A stretch of 63,728 nucleotides of DNA, filler included, from Octopus bimaculoides (lineage: Eukaryota), in NCBI RefSeq assembly GCF_001194135.2. It is 9 parts of 7 records of this genome, joined end to end, with 100 filler letters (N's around TTAATTAATTAA, not from the genome) between each part and the next. Parts side by side here need not be neighbours in the genome. Positions count along the whole stretch, not along the records: positions 37,379 to 44,092 come from NC_068981.1; positions 44,193 to 53,001 come from NC_068987.1; positions 53,102 to 57,527 come from NC_068987.1; 6 more parts are not named here. The stretch is one strand, 5' to 3'. Each line of letters starts with the position of its first letter. The first letter of the stretch is position 1. Under the pieces are notes generated by a model, which saw only the letters and a program-made list of their open reading frames with translations, was not told where the DNA came from and did no database searches. A program made the position numbers and the translations under genes. Below, in pieces: positions 41,488 through 55,099 of the stretch.

Positions 41488-41850
41488 TCAGTGGTTGGGG
41501 CAGCGGACTCACGGTCATAGTATCGCAGTTTTGATTCCCAGACTGGGCGTTGTGAGTGTTCATTGAGCGAAAACACCTAAAGCTCCACGAGGCTCCGGCA
41601 GGGGATGGTGGTGAACCCTGCTGTACTCTTTCACCACAACTTTCTCTCACTCTTACTTCCTGTTTCTGTTGTGCCTGTAATTCAAAGGGCCAGCCTTGTC
41701 ACACTGAATACCCCCCGAGAACTACGTTAAGAGTACATCTGTCTGTGGAGTGCTCAACCACTTGCACGTTACTTTCACGAGCAGGCTGTTCCGTTGATTG
41801 GATCAACTGGAACCCTCGACGTCGTAAGCGACGGAGTGCCAACAACAACA
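41488..41850 (+). mobile_element. tRNA-derived SINE, family A, with (ACA)n tail
   Basis: cagtggttggggcagcggactc...gattcccagactgggcg head; ends gacggagtgccaacaacaaca. Confidence 0.8.
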
Positions 41851-43581
41851 TTCAACATTTAGAACACAAAAAGAAGGAAGCATAAAGTGACAGTGCACAG
41901 TGCAAGGATTTGAAAACTCAGAGTTGATCACATAGACGCTTTACCGTTGGTTCGAATCATACGAACCTACGAGGAAGCTTCTACGCATTCGCTCGACCTC
42001 TTACATATTACATTTAATTGTTTTAACCTTTTGCCTGTTCAAAGCATTTTCCTAAGTTTGTCCTAAACGTACATGCTTCTTTTCAGACTTTTAGTTAGTC
42101 ATTGTTTAATACGTTCTTAGTAAAGTGAAACTTTCCTTTCATAAGTTCCAAGTGACTCTGGTGGTTGAAAAAATCTTGAGAATTTGTATCATATATGATG
42201 CATGAACGCCACGGAAATATATCCTGTGTATGACGTGATACACAGGACAGGCAAAAAGTTAAAGCCAAAACGGATACATTAATAATTATATTGTAAAAAA
42301 CAAAAAAACACGGTATGATTATGGCTGAAACGGGAACCTAAGGAATCACGACACATGAAATTGCCCAAAATAGCGAACGCAATAACCAAACAACAATGAC
42401 ATGCCATGATCACAGAAAAACACAGATCTGCAAAACAAATAAAAAAGAAAGCAGTTGGAAGGCACCAGGCTACAATAAGGTTCTGCTGTGTGTAGTGTGT
42501 GTAGTGTAAGTTGTTATTTTCTTGGGTAATAAACTTATAAAGTATAAAAAGCAAAACAAACGATCAATTCCTGATCTAAAGACTTCGAAATTTGTTTCGT
42601 GATAGTGAAACAGGAAAATAGCAGCAAAGCTGCGTGATAGCGGTGTCAGGTGTGGCATGCAGACCATCATATAACTTGTTTGACATTCGCATTCCGTCTC
42701 TATTCTTCTGTTTTAATTTGACACGAGCATTGCGTTTTATTCTTCTCTTCCGTTTTACGAATCCAGTATGCACATGCGCATTGCGACTTCATACGTTTCT
42801 TTCCGGTTCCTATTCAAAACTGTTTATATATCACGATCATCTCAGGAGCGCTTCTTGAGGAGCGCTTCGTGCTCCGATGGTTGTGAAAAACATTACACTT
42901 TAATCTTAGCCAAAAGTCTGAGTCTAATAATTTGTAAACGTGGCAGTCCTTACCAACTGCTGAAAATGATGCCGCCAAATTTGATAGCTTTTTTTTTTAC
43001 ATACAACGTATTTTACTGATCCAATGAGCATTTCAGCGCCATGATGATAATATAACAATACTACAATACTACATTATTCCTCATCTCTTAAATACAGAAC
43101 CACTACAATACTAGTGACAAAACATTAAAATATTTACTCGTAATTATCATTACTTCTGAAGTTCCCTTAGCAGAATTTCATTATAAAACTGCGAGTTCCG
43201 TGAAGATTTCCTTCTTTCTCATCGTAATTTATCATTACGGGCAACTTTATTTTTATTTCTTCTCATCCTTAAAACAGTATAAATCTAACCGCTCACTCCA
43301 ACCCATTCCCATTATAATTATCTCACTCACTCGCGACTCCTCTTTAAACAGTTTCCCCAGTCAGATTCGTGGGATATAAACCTTATTCTTCAACTCTCTT
43401 TTAATTTACTTCTATTTCCTTTTATTCATTCTCTATTGTTTGTCAGTCTCCATCTTCCACATTATTTCCTTAATGTGACAAATAAATAAACGTTGCTAAA
43501 TAATATATGAATGATACAATATATAAAAGTGAGTATATATACGTTTGCATCACACGAGCCAATAAAATCAATCTCTACAAG

Positions 43582-43655
<74 letters not shown>

Positions 43656-43892
43656 GCTATCTAGCTAGCTAGCTGTCTGAGTGTATCATTTTATGTATCT
43701 GTCTGTCTGTCTGTTTATTTATCTCAATCTGTCTGTCTATCTGTCAATGTACATGCTCAAGGAAAAGCCACTTCTAACCGCCTCTGATAAGCAGTCTCAG
43801 CACCACACTTTCAGCTGCGGTTCAAGCCGGAGTGGTAAATCTGAGCACTGATAGTACGTACCTATTACATTACGTCAGTTGACGAAAACTGG

Positions 43893-43957
<65 letters not shown>

Positions 43958-44532
43958 AAGTAGAATGGGAAGTCTTGTCTAGTGAATGCTTCAAAAAAAG
44001 ATGGGTGAATGTAGCAAGGATGGCACGTGTGAACGACGGAGCCATCTTGAGCATAACCCTATGAACAAGAAAAGAAAAAAAAGAAAAAAAAANNNNNNNN
44101 NNNNNNNNNNNNNNNNNNNNNNNNNNNNNNNNNNNNTTAATTAATTAANNNNNNNNNNNNNNNNNNNNNNNNNNNNNNNNNNNNNNNNNNNNTGTTATTA
44201 ATGGAATTTTTTTTATCTTTTTCTCTTTTCATCTCACTTTCTCTCTCTCCCACTCCACCCGGGTCTTCCACCAACATTTACACACTCACACATACATACG
44301 TTCTTCCACTTTCTCTACGTTTCTCTTTACTCCTCTCTCTTTTTCTCTCTGTCTCTCTCGCTCTCTTGCCCCCTCTCTCTCTCTCTCTCTCTCTCTGTGG
44401 CATAACATCGCCGTCGCTTCCTCTTACTCACACACACACACAAACACACACAAACTCGCTCTCCTTCTATCTATCTCTTTCTCTCACTTCTGTGCTTTCC
44501 TGTCTACGCCCATCTTTTTACCCGTTTCCTAG

Positions 44533-45015
44533 GACCGCCGGGACCTGGTCAGCACACACGGTGGACTTGGACAGCTGGTAACTTCTGTTGGGACGTCGGG
44601 GTCTTTCAGTTCGGCCCCAAGACTTTCCCATACACCAACCACGGATTTTCAACCACCATATTTTCCCCCTCCATACAATTTGCCACCCCAACAGCCGGTG
44701 GACTTTCATCATCCACATGTCCAAACAGATCCTTACACACATTTAAATAGTTTCCACCAAGGGGCACAGCAACATTACCACCAACTGCATCCACCCGAGC
44801 GCAATGTCTTACGGCACAGGGAAGATGCTTTACACAACATGTCCTCCGCTTTGCCGGCTGCTTATGAATCAAGACGAACTGACTATAGCGGAGTGAGGCG
44901 TCCTGAGGTTCTGATGCACGGAGGTCACCATGGGCTAGGCATCACAGAACAGGATCCTTCACTTCTTCCATTACATGCCGGAGGGACCATATCTGGACTG
45001 GAAGATGGACCACAG
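44533..45015 (+). CDS. TFAP2: AP-2 (TFAP2) transcription factor, exon-2 equivalent with PY activation motif, 483 nt, phase 0 to 0
   Basis: Acceptor cccgtttcctag|GAC, donor CAG|gtaatt; 161 open codons DRRDLVSTHGGLGQL...[28 protein letters not shown]...RRTDY..RRPEVL...LEDGPQ. Matches TFAP2 exon 2 (DRHD...[22 protein letters not shown]), including the phase-0 start at DR. Confidence 0.93.
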
Positions 45016-45080
45016 GTAATTCATTAACTCTAACTCTGTTCATAAAAAAAAAGTCAAACGAAATAGTTCTTTGTGAGTAC

Positions 45081-45122
<42 letters not shown>

Positions 45123-45924
45123 GTATATACATGTATATGTATGCATATAAAGATATATGCATATCTATAAATGTAAGTATGTACTATATANNNNNNNNNN
45201 NNNNNNNNNNNNNNNNNNNNNNNNNNNNNNNNNNNNNNNNNNNNNNNNNNNNNNNNNNNNNNNNNNNNNNNNNNNNNNNNNNNNNNNNNNNNNNNNNNNN
45301 NNNNNNNNNNNNNNNNNNNNNNNNNNNNNNNNNNNNNNNNNNNNNNNNNNNNNNNNNNNNNNNNNNNNNNNNNNNNNNNNNNNNNNNNNNNNNNNNNNNN
45401 NNNNNNNNNNNNNNNNNNNNNNNNNNNNNNNNNNNNNNNNNNNNNNNNNNNNNNNNNNNNNNNNNNNNNNNNNNNNNNNNNNNNNNNNNNNNNNNNNNNN
45501 NNNNNNNNNNNNNNNNNNNNNNNNNNNNNNNNNNNNNNNNNNNNNNNNNNNNNNNNNNNNNNNNNNNNNNNNNNNNNNNNNNNNNNNNNNNNNNNNNNNN
45601 NNNNNNNNNNNNNNNNNNNNNNNNNNNNNNNNNNNNNNNNNNNNNNNNNNNNNNNNNNNNNNNNNNNNNNNNNNNNNNNNNNNNNNNNNNNNNNNNNNNN
45701 NNNNNNNNNNNNNNNNNNNNNNNNNNNNNNNNNNNNNNNNNNNNNNNNNNNNNNNNNNNNNNNNNNNNNNNNNNNNNNNNNNNNNNNNNNNNNNNNNNNN
45801 NNNNNNNNNNNNNNNNNNNNNNNNNNNNNNNNNNNNNNNNNNNNNNNNNNNNNNNNNNNNNNNNNNNNNNNNNNNNNNNNNNNNNNNNNNNNNNNNNNNN
45901 NNNNNNNNNNNNNNNNNNNNNNNN

Positions 45925-46008
<84 letters not shown>

Positions 46009-46696
46009 CTCTGTATCTTTGAAAACATACATCACACATGTACACCTTAGTATATGTATATATGTGTGTTTTTATATATATACTCACATACATACCTACA
46101 CATACATACATACATACATACATACCTACATACATACATACATACCTACCTACATACATACATACATACATACATGCATGCATACATACATGCATACATA
46201 CACATATCCCCAGACAATTCTGTTTCTCTTCAATTTTAGAAAACTCTTCGAAATAAAATTAGATTTAATTCTTTTCTTAAAAAACACCAAAACCAATTCA
46301 TTTTCTCCTTATTTAGTTTATAGTCTTATTACAAATTCCTCTCTCTCACTTTATCCCCCTGTCTGTGTCTGTATGTTTCTCTTCTCTCTCTCTTTCTCTT
46401 TCACTGTCTCTCTTTCTATCATTGTTTCAGAATATTTCTCTGTATTCCCATTATCTTCCTCTTTCTCTCTCTTCTTCACACACTCTCTCTTACCTTCAGT
46501 CTCTCTCCTTCTCTCTCCTTCCCTCTCTTTCACTCTCACTCTCTCTCTCTCCCTCTTAATCTCTCTTCTTCCCTATATATATATATGTCTAAAACATATA
46601 AATAATAAAAGACTATTTGCGTGTGAGTATGTGTCTGTCTACATATTCACACATACAGGCATATATATATAAAGAGAGAGACAGCGAGAGAAAGTG

Positions 46697-46770
<74 letters not shown>

Positions 46771-46810
46771 AGTGAGCTGTAATAAATGTAGTACAGTCAG
46801 ATGTGCATAC

Positions 46811-46850
<40 letters not shown>

Positions 46851-47964
46851 GCTTTTTATTCTACTCTTCGTGCCACTCTCTTCATATGTTTGCACCTCTT
46901 TCTCGTCTCCTTCCCATCTTTTCCTCTCACTCTCCCTGTTTTTATCAGTATTACTGTTTTCCTATTTTCATTACAATTTCTTGATTTCTGTTTTTTAAGA
47001 AAATGCTGAAAATCTTTTCCTTTACATGTAACATCTGAAATAGATGTTATTATTTTTCTTGACAGCAAAGTCGCTTTTGTGCTTTCAGTGTATATAATAT
47101 GACAATGAAATGTTTCTAGGCGACATTCTAATAGGTAGGCAGGTGACTTTATTAGTGAACGTTGTCTGTGTGTGTATGTCTCTGTGTGTGTATGTGTGTA
47201 TTGAAAAGATCTTTGTTTTAAAAGCTGATACTGTTAACACTTATACTCTTGGATAACGCCAGACATAAACTATAAATGAATGACTCGTGTATACATGTGT
47301 GTCAATTCATAGGTTTGTGTATTTATGTATGTACGTACAAATATGCCACACGTACACATGTAAAACAAACGTGTCAGTTTAAGCACACTGGCACATACAC
47401 ACACAAATACTCTCTCTCTCTCTCTCTTACTCCCAATCACTCACTCTCACACGTTAGTATATTTATCGTATTAAAGTCATGTCACTGCTTTACCTGTTGA
47501 TTCGATGTGCAACTCTCAGTCTCAGTGAAAGATATTTCGCTGAGATATTTCGCTGACTAGGGCTAAATGCTTAGACTCCTGTACGTCTGTCTATCTACAT
47601 ATACTGGCAATGATAGCTATATACGTCTTACAGTAACGAATAAGCCTGTAATCAATATAAAAAGATGTGGAAAATATATATTACGTCGTATTCAGAAATC
47701 TTATGCTAGACTATTTCACCTAGATTTAATGCTAGGAAGTACTGTTTCACTAAAGTTGGATATCAAGGACGTAGCGAATATCTGTATATATGTATTTATA
47801 TCTGCTTTATATATGTTTGTATGTACTGTGCATGTGTCATTTTGTCGTTTATTGTACACCTCACCTCCATACGACAATATAACGAGGGCGTTCGTGACAC
47901 TCTTACTTAAAACTAATTTCAGCTGGAATGAGACACCGGCCATGAAAGTTGGTGTGTGAATGGT

Positions 47965-48005
<41 letters not shown>

Positions 48006-48216
48006 NNNNNNNNNNNNNNNNNNNNNNNNNNNNNNNNNNNNNNNNNNNNNNNNNNNNNNNNNNNNNNNNNNNNNNNNNNNNNNNNNNNNNNNNNNNNNNN
48101 NNNNNNNNNNNNNNNNNNNNNNNNNNNNNNNNNNNNNNNNNNNNNNNNNNNNNNNNNNNNNNNNNNNNNNNNNNNNNNNNNNNNNNNNNNNNNNNNNNNN
48201 NNNNGTCTGAAACTGA

Positions 48217-48284
<68 letters not shown>

Positions 48285-49022
48285 AGCACTCTACCACATG
48301 GGGAAATCATTCTATCGAGCGATAATAGAGAATTTCAGCGACGTTGTCCCGGAAGCGATCGTTGCTGAAGATTATGGACAATTTCAAACAGTACTTGTTT
48401 GGTGTGCCAGTGCTTAATAAATGCTTTATAATATTTATAGGTGTGGCTGTGTAGAGCCCTCGTTAGTTTAACTTGTATTGGCATAGTTACAGGGTAAGTA
48501 TAACGGGCGCTGGTAGTCGTTCATTGCTAGTCGTTTTGTGGTTTTATGAATAACAGCTGAGAGTGCGTCCGGTATGGAATCCGGCTAACAGCTAGTGTAT
48601 CGTGAAAATAGCTCCATCAGTTTATTTTGGCAATAAGCAACGAACAGCCAATCCGTGTTTTATAGTTATGTCGAAGAAAATTGCGAGGTAGGCGCGATTA
48701 AAAGGTTGGAGTTTAAAGAGAATTTTGTCTCTCAAGCCAAGACGTCTTCGAATTCTTGAGTAAACATATGAACAAGAATGCAGAATTGTTGTTTTTGTTA
48801 TTGTTATCGTTGTTATTGGGTGACTGGAAGAAACGTTAGAACATCAAAAAATGCTTTGCAACGCTTATTCCGGTTCCTTTAGTTATGAGCCGAAATCAAA
48901 ACCAACCGAGATCATCTTTGACTTTCCTCTATCCGAGGTCCATAAAATAATGTACCGGTCAAATAATGGGGCCGATAGTATCGAAACCTCATCCTTTAAA
49001 GTTTCAGGTCTTGCGCTTATGC

Positions 49023-49069
<47 letters not shown>

Positions 49070-49570
49070 GTAGTAGTAGTAGTAGTAGTAGTAGTNNNNN
49101 NNNNNNNNNNNNNNNNNNNNNNNNNNNNNNNNNNNNNNNNNNNNNNNNNNNNNNNNNNNNNNNNNNNNNNNNNNNNNNNNNNNNNNNNNNNNNNNNNNNN
49201 NNNNNNNNNNNNNNNNNNNNNNNNNNNNNNNNNNNNNNNNNNNNNNNNNNNNNNNNNNNNNNNNNNNNNNNNNNNNNNNNNNNNNNNNNNNNNNNNNNNN
49301 NNNNNNNNNNNNNNNNNNNNNNNNNNNNNNNNNNNNNNNNNNNNNNNNNNNNNNNNNNNNNNNNNNNNNNNNNNNNNNNNNNNNNNNNNNNNNNNNNNNN
49401 NNNNNNNNNNNNNNNNNNNNNNNNNNNNNNNNNNNNNNNNNNNNNNNNNNNNNNNNNNNNNNNNNNNNNNNNNNNNNNNNNNNNNNNNNNNNNNNNNNNN
49501 NNNNNNNNNNNNNNTATATATATATATATATCACGCAGACCAAATACCCTCCCACCACCACCACCAATAT

Positions 49571-49616
<46 letters not shown>

Positions 49617-50350
49617 CACTCTTTTCATTGACCGTAACATTATCTCTCCTTTATATCATTACGATTCACTTAATAAGAGGATTCCTTATCTTCCCCTTTA
49701 TTTTGTATTTTGTTTGTTTTGTTTCTTTTCTGTCCCTTACTTATGACCAGACCTGACCAGAGAGATTCCACGCCTCACCCTTTCCACCTTTTGGCCAACG
49801 TCTCGTTCCTCCATCTTGCTTTCTTCTCTTCTGCACCTTCTCCCTCCCTTTCCCTCATACATACACTAAATCTCCGTTTTCTTTTCCCCCCTGTCCCTCC
49901 TCCTCTTCATAGATCTTCCTGTTTTCTTCTTCATCTCACCGAGGATCCATTCTCGCCCTAGTCACATCCCTTCGCCTCGTCTTGCCGCCACGTTTTATAC
50001 ACGAATTATTCCCACCTTGGATGTGATTTTATTGAAACTAGCATTTTACCGACAACTTTTGCAATATACCCAATTTTGTGTTAACCTTTCCACCCCCCCG
50101 TCATCCTGCAGCGCCACCAAACCGTCGTCTTGATTATCGCATCCCCGTTTGTAAAATGTGATTATCGTCATATTTCATTCTCTGTCAATTACTATCGAAT
50201 TTATCTGCCCTATGACGCTATCTCCAAGAGTAATTTTGATTGGTTCGGATAGTGGCGCGTAATAGGATATTTTGGTAATGGCACGGCCGAAACAGAAGAG
50301 ACACAACCGATATCTACAGCTGCAATTAACCACATGCATACACGCACGTT

Positions 50351-50440
<90 letters not shown>

Positions 50441-52234
50441 GGGAGAGATGGATGGATGCACGTATGTATGCACATGCATACGTTCGCACATATGCATACA
50501 CCTATGTGTGTGGATATCTATGTATGTACCTACGTATGCATCTATCCATCTATGTGTTACTTGTGCATGCATGTATGTATTTCTCACTTTCAGAATCACC
50601 CTTGCAGGCAAATTGTTAATTGGCACGGCTTGAAATTAATGTTAATTTCAAGGACGTGCTGCGGATGTCATGGAAATCAGCCTTTTATGATTGATAACCT
50701 TGACAGAAAAGCTTTTCCTTGTTCACACTTAAAATACACTTTGACCATGCCTTGTCTTCCATAAGTTTCATTTCAAATATGTTAAATAAAATCTTTGCGA
50801 AGATTCCTCCTAAGAATCTTATAACATTATTATTACCATCATTATCATTTATTGCTAGCAATAAAATACATTTATTTACGCATTCATTTAAATCAGCACT
50901 GATTTAAACATGGCGTACATGATTTTTAAGAACGACAAACATTAAAGTATAGTATTATGAATATAGTAGTTTTACCTTACATTTATCTAATTCATGTTCA
51001 AATGTCTTTAAATATAAAACAACATTAAAATGAAACATCGTTCATTTAATGTATTAGCTGTAACCTAAATATTTCTAACTTGAATACTTGAATACTAGCA
51101 ATTATGGACTTAAGGATGTAATAGAATATTATATTTTAACTGGCTAAATCCAACCATTATATTATATTATATTTCCTGTTTCTCGTTTCACTCAACTAAA
51201 TGTGTGTGTGTGTGTATATATGTGTGTGTATGTGTGTGTGTCTGTGTGTGAAGAAATGTATATATGTAGCCATACACGTTCCCACTTTGTTATATATGTG
51301 TGTGGGTGTGTTATGTTTTGTGTGTATGTGTGTGTGTTCGTGTGCGTGTGTGATTGAACAGATTCAGATAGAATCGCATGAGGATCACCTGCCTCTGTAG
51401 ATCATTCACCAAATTCACACACACACGCACATATCACAAGTACATACATCTTCACACATATGTGTATATATTTGTGCATCCGTGAGTGTATATATAAGTA
51501 ACATAAAAGGGAGAAATAGAACTTAGAATATGAGTATATAAAATTTCTGAACATCTTCATACACGTAACTTTCAGTCTTTGAGACGATTAACTAACTTTT
51601 CTGCTTACGCTAAATGTGTACGTATATACGTCCTTATGCATTTGTGCGCGATTGTGTGTCTCTGAAAGATATAAACCTCAGCGAGAAACATGCCGATAAG
51701 CCGAGAGCCGAGCAAAACTTCGTGAAAATCATTCTACCAGCGTTACACCATAACACAGACACACCCTTGTCACCCATGTTACTAGAAATGCAATGAAGCA
51801 GTAATTAAACTTTAAGAAAAAAAAAAAAAAGAAGAAACCTACGAATTTATAACCAATGATGCTTATAATTCACAAAATATATAATATATAAAATAAAATA
51901 AAAAATTAGAAATACTATATAAATAAACATTCTGCCATATTTCTTAATTATAATCTGAAAATTTATTGATTTTAAAATTCCTGTATTCAAAGATATCCAT
52001 AGAGAAAATTTAAGTATACGCTTTCTTTACTCGGATATTATTGATGAATAGGTTTCTTAGAGTAAATTAACCTAAGATGTTGTTCATTTGTCTGATAGTG
52101 TAGGTTCCTTGGGAGGCGTTGCCACTGGCTTTTACAGCCTGAAGCTGGACCGATATCAAAAGCAGATATGGACTATGCGTGCGTAGGTAACAATAGTGAT
52201 TTCATGATTAATGCCATTTATGTGTATGTGCATA

Positions 52235-52290
<56 letters not shown>

Positions 52291-53101
52291 CACACACCAT
52301 ACACCCACAAACATATATATATATATATAAACATACAGCACACACATACATATACATAAATATATTTATATGAATACATGGTACGCATAGATATATGCAT
52401 ATATTTACATATATAAATGTCCCTAAGCTATACAATTCGAGCGTATACACATGCACACAGCAGCTTTTATGTGTGTATGCATGTATATATATATTTGTGT
52501 ATGTATGTATATATGTATGCATATGCGCAAATTATGTGTTGTGTATTTGGAAACTGCAGATGTTAATATTTCTTATTACCTTCCTGACCTAAATTTCATA
52601 CAAAAATGTTAGTTCAGTTAATATTTAATTAAATGCAATATTAACTCATATACCAATCAACGCCTAGCCTTGCTTCTTCGGCATACTCTCTTGGTTAATT
52701 TTCATTATTTCCAAATATTTCTTGGCTCTATATTTCGATAACTTCACACTGAAAATAACTATAACAACTATATCTCTGCGTTATTGCATATACTTCATGT
52801 ACTGTTATTAATTATAAAGGTGCATGGCCTAAATTAGTATCTAGTCAGTGGGCTTAAGATCGTGAGGTGTTGGGTTCGATCTATGGACCAGACAGCGCGT
52901 TGTGACTTGGAAAATGCACATAATTTCATTTAGTGGAAAGTGAGCGCCAGTGATCCTTATTTGTGTGTGTGTGTATATATATATATACATGTATATATAT
53001 ANNNNNNNNNNNNNNNNNNNNNNNNNNNNNNNNNNNNNNNNNNNNTTAATTAATTAANNNNNNNNNNNNNNNNNNNNNNNNNNNNNNNNNNNNNNNNNNN
53101 N

Positions 53102-53147
<46 letters not shown>

Positions 53148-53499
53148 GGCTTCTTTCAGATATATATATACACGGGCTTCTTTCAGATATATATATATAC
53201 ACGACACGCTTCTTCCAGTTTCCGTCTACCAAATCCACTCATAAGACTTTGGTCGGCTCAATATACCACGCAGTGGGACTGAACCCGGAACCATATGGTT
53301 GGAAAGCAAGGTCATGTGGGGAGATATTATCTAATGAAATCTTGCTAAAACACTATAATGTATTTGAAAAATAGACTTATAAGTGTTAAAGGACATAAAG
53401 TAGTCGTGTAATTAGAATACGGGTTGTTATGGGCTGTTAAGAGTATTGAAGACAAATTGAGAGATGATATAGGTTTTAGAGTGGAGGAAAATAAACATA

Positions 53500-53840
53500 A
53501 ATGATTTGGGAGAGTATATACTCCAGTTCGGCTGTACGTGGACTGGGGTACGGTACAACAGTCAGGCGATAAATTATTGAAGAGGTGATGTGTGCATTCG
53601 TCACCTCTGCTCTACCTTTGAGGGTTAATTTCCTCTCGGCCCATTTCTGAGTGAGATTGGCTACCCTGCTTGTAATCTCATTCCAGTCTTTGTCCACCTG
53701 GAGGTCCTGGCCAAACCAGGCACCGAACATTTTCACTGGTCCGTCTGTCCATCGACTTTCTATGTTGTTCGTTGGCATAGTCTTTTTTTTTTGCCTCTCC
53801 AGTTGCCGAGCCGCAGACCTACCGACTTCTTCGGATTTAT
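53500..53840 (-). mobile_element. Tx1/L1-clade LINE fragment
   Basis: ORF RWTDGPVKMFGAWFGQDLQVDKDWNEITSRVANLTQKWAERKLTLKGRAEV..IIYRLTVVP is typical of the post-RT region of Tx1-like LINEs. Confidence 0.8.
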
Positions 53841-53905
53841 CTCAGCTCATGCCATTGCCTTGTATTCCTTTAAAATGGATTCGACTACATGAATCTCTGT
53901 CTCTA

Positions 53906-53937
<32 letters not shown>

Positions 53938-53974
53938 TGTTTATACACACACACACACACACACAGATAGATAG

Positions 53975-54305
53975 ATGAAGGAGCACTCCGTCGATTACGA
54001 CGACGAGGGTCCCAGCTGATACGATCAACGGAACAGACTGCTCGTGAAATTAACGTGCAAGTGACTGAGCAATCCACAGACACGTGTACCCCATAACGTA
54101 GTTCTCAGGGAGATTCAGCGTGACACATAGCGTGACAAGGCCGGTCCTTTGAAATGCAGGTACTACTCATTTTTACCAGTGAGTGGACTGGAGCAACGTG
54201 AAATAAAGTGTCTTGCTCAAGGACACAACGCGTCGCCGGGAATCGAACTCACGACCTTACGATCGTGTGCCAAATGCCCGAACCACTAAGCCACGCGCCT
54301 TCACC
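53975..54305 (-). mobile_element. tRNA-derived SINE sharing the family A 3' body with a different head
   Basis: Body cttgcacgttaatttcacgagc...gaccctcgtcgtcgtaa shared with family A. Head gaaggcgcgtggcttagtggtt...gagttcgattccc; a related decayed copy lies at about 8940-9160. Confidence 0.75.
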
Positions 54306-54515
54306 GATAGATAGATAGATAGATACACACACACGCACATATATATTTGTCTTACAACCTTTTCGGGGTCGATTAAATAAGTACCAGTTGAACACTGGGG
54401 TCATAGTATTCCACTTACTCTCTTTCCTGGAATAGCTAGCCTTCTGCCAAATTGAACATTATGATGCTATATAGATAGATAGACACACACACGCACACAC
54501 GCTCACACACACACA

Positions 54516-54575
<60 letters not shown>

Positions 54576-54775
54576 NNNNNNNNNNNNNNNNNNNNNNNNN
54601 NNNNNNNNNNNNNNNNNNNNNNNNNNNNNNNNNNNNNNNNNNNNNNNNNNNNNNNNNNNNNNNNNNNNNNNNNNNNNNNNNNNNNNNNNNNNNNNNNNNN
54701 NNNNNNNNNNNNNNNNNNNNNNNNNNNNNNNNNNNNNNNNNNNNNNNNNNNNNNNNNNNNNNNNNNNNNNNNNNN

Positions 54776-54808
<33 letters not shown>

Positions 54809-54944
54809 ATGAATGATATTATGCATTATACATAAGAAACACCAACTAAAAAACACAGAAACTAGGGAAACGAAAAGGGTGAGGAGGAAGTACTACAGAT
54901 AATGAAGAACATTTAAATGTTTTTGTTGCTTTATCCTTTTGTAG

Positions 54945-55099
54945 CCTACATAAATTGGAAGATCTTGATTCTGATTGGTTGATTCTCGAAAATAAATACT
55001 TTTTGCCACCAGAAATATGTTTACGTGACATTAAGGAACTTAACTCTACCACAGTCTTGCTGCACCGATCATTGACAAATTACCATTCCATCTGCCAAA
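54945..55099 (+). CDS. Candidate orphan internal exon, product unidentified
   Basis: Acceptor ttttgttgctttatccttttgtag, donor CAAA|gtacgt. Only one frame is open (phase 2 to 1): LHKLEDLDSDWLILENKYFLPPEICLRDIKELNSTTVLLHRSLTNYHSICQ. Confidence 0.3.

Noticed and set aside
42279-42554. Hydrophobic minus ORF resembling a GPCR transmembrane segment
   Set aside because: Hydrophobicity follows from the T-rich strand; there are no GPCR motifs or splice sites.
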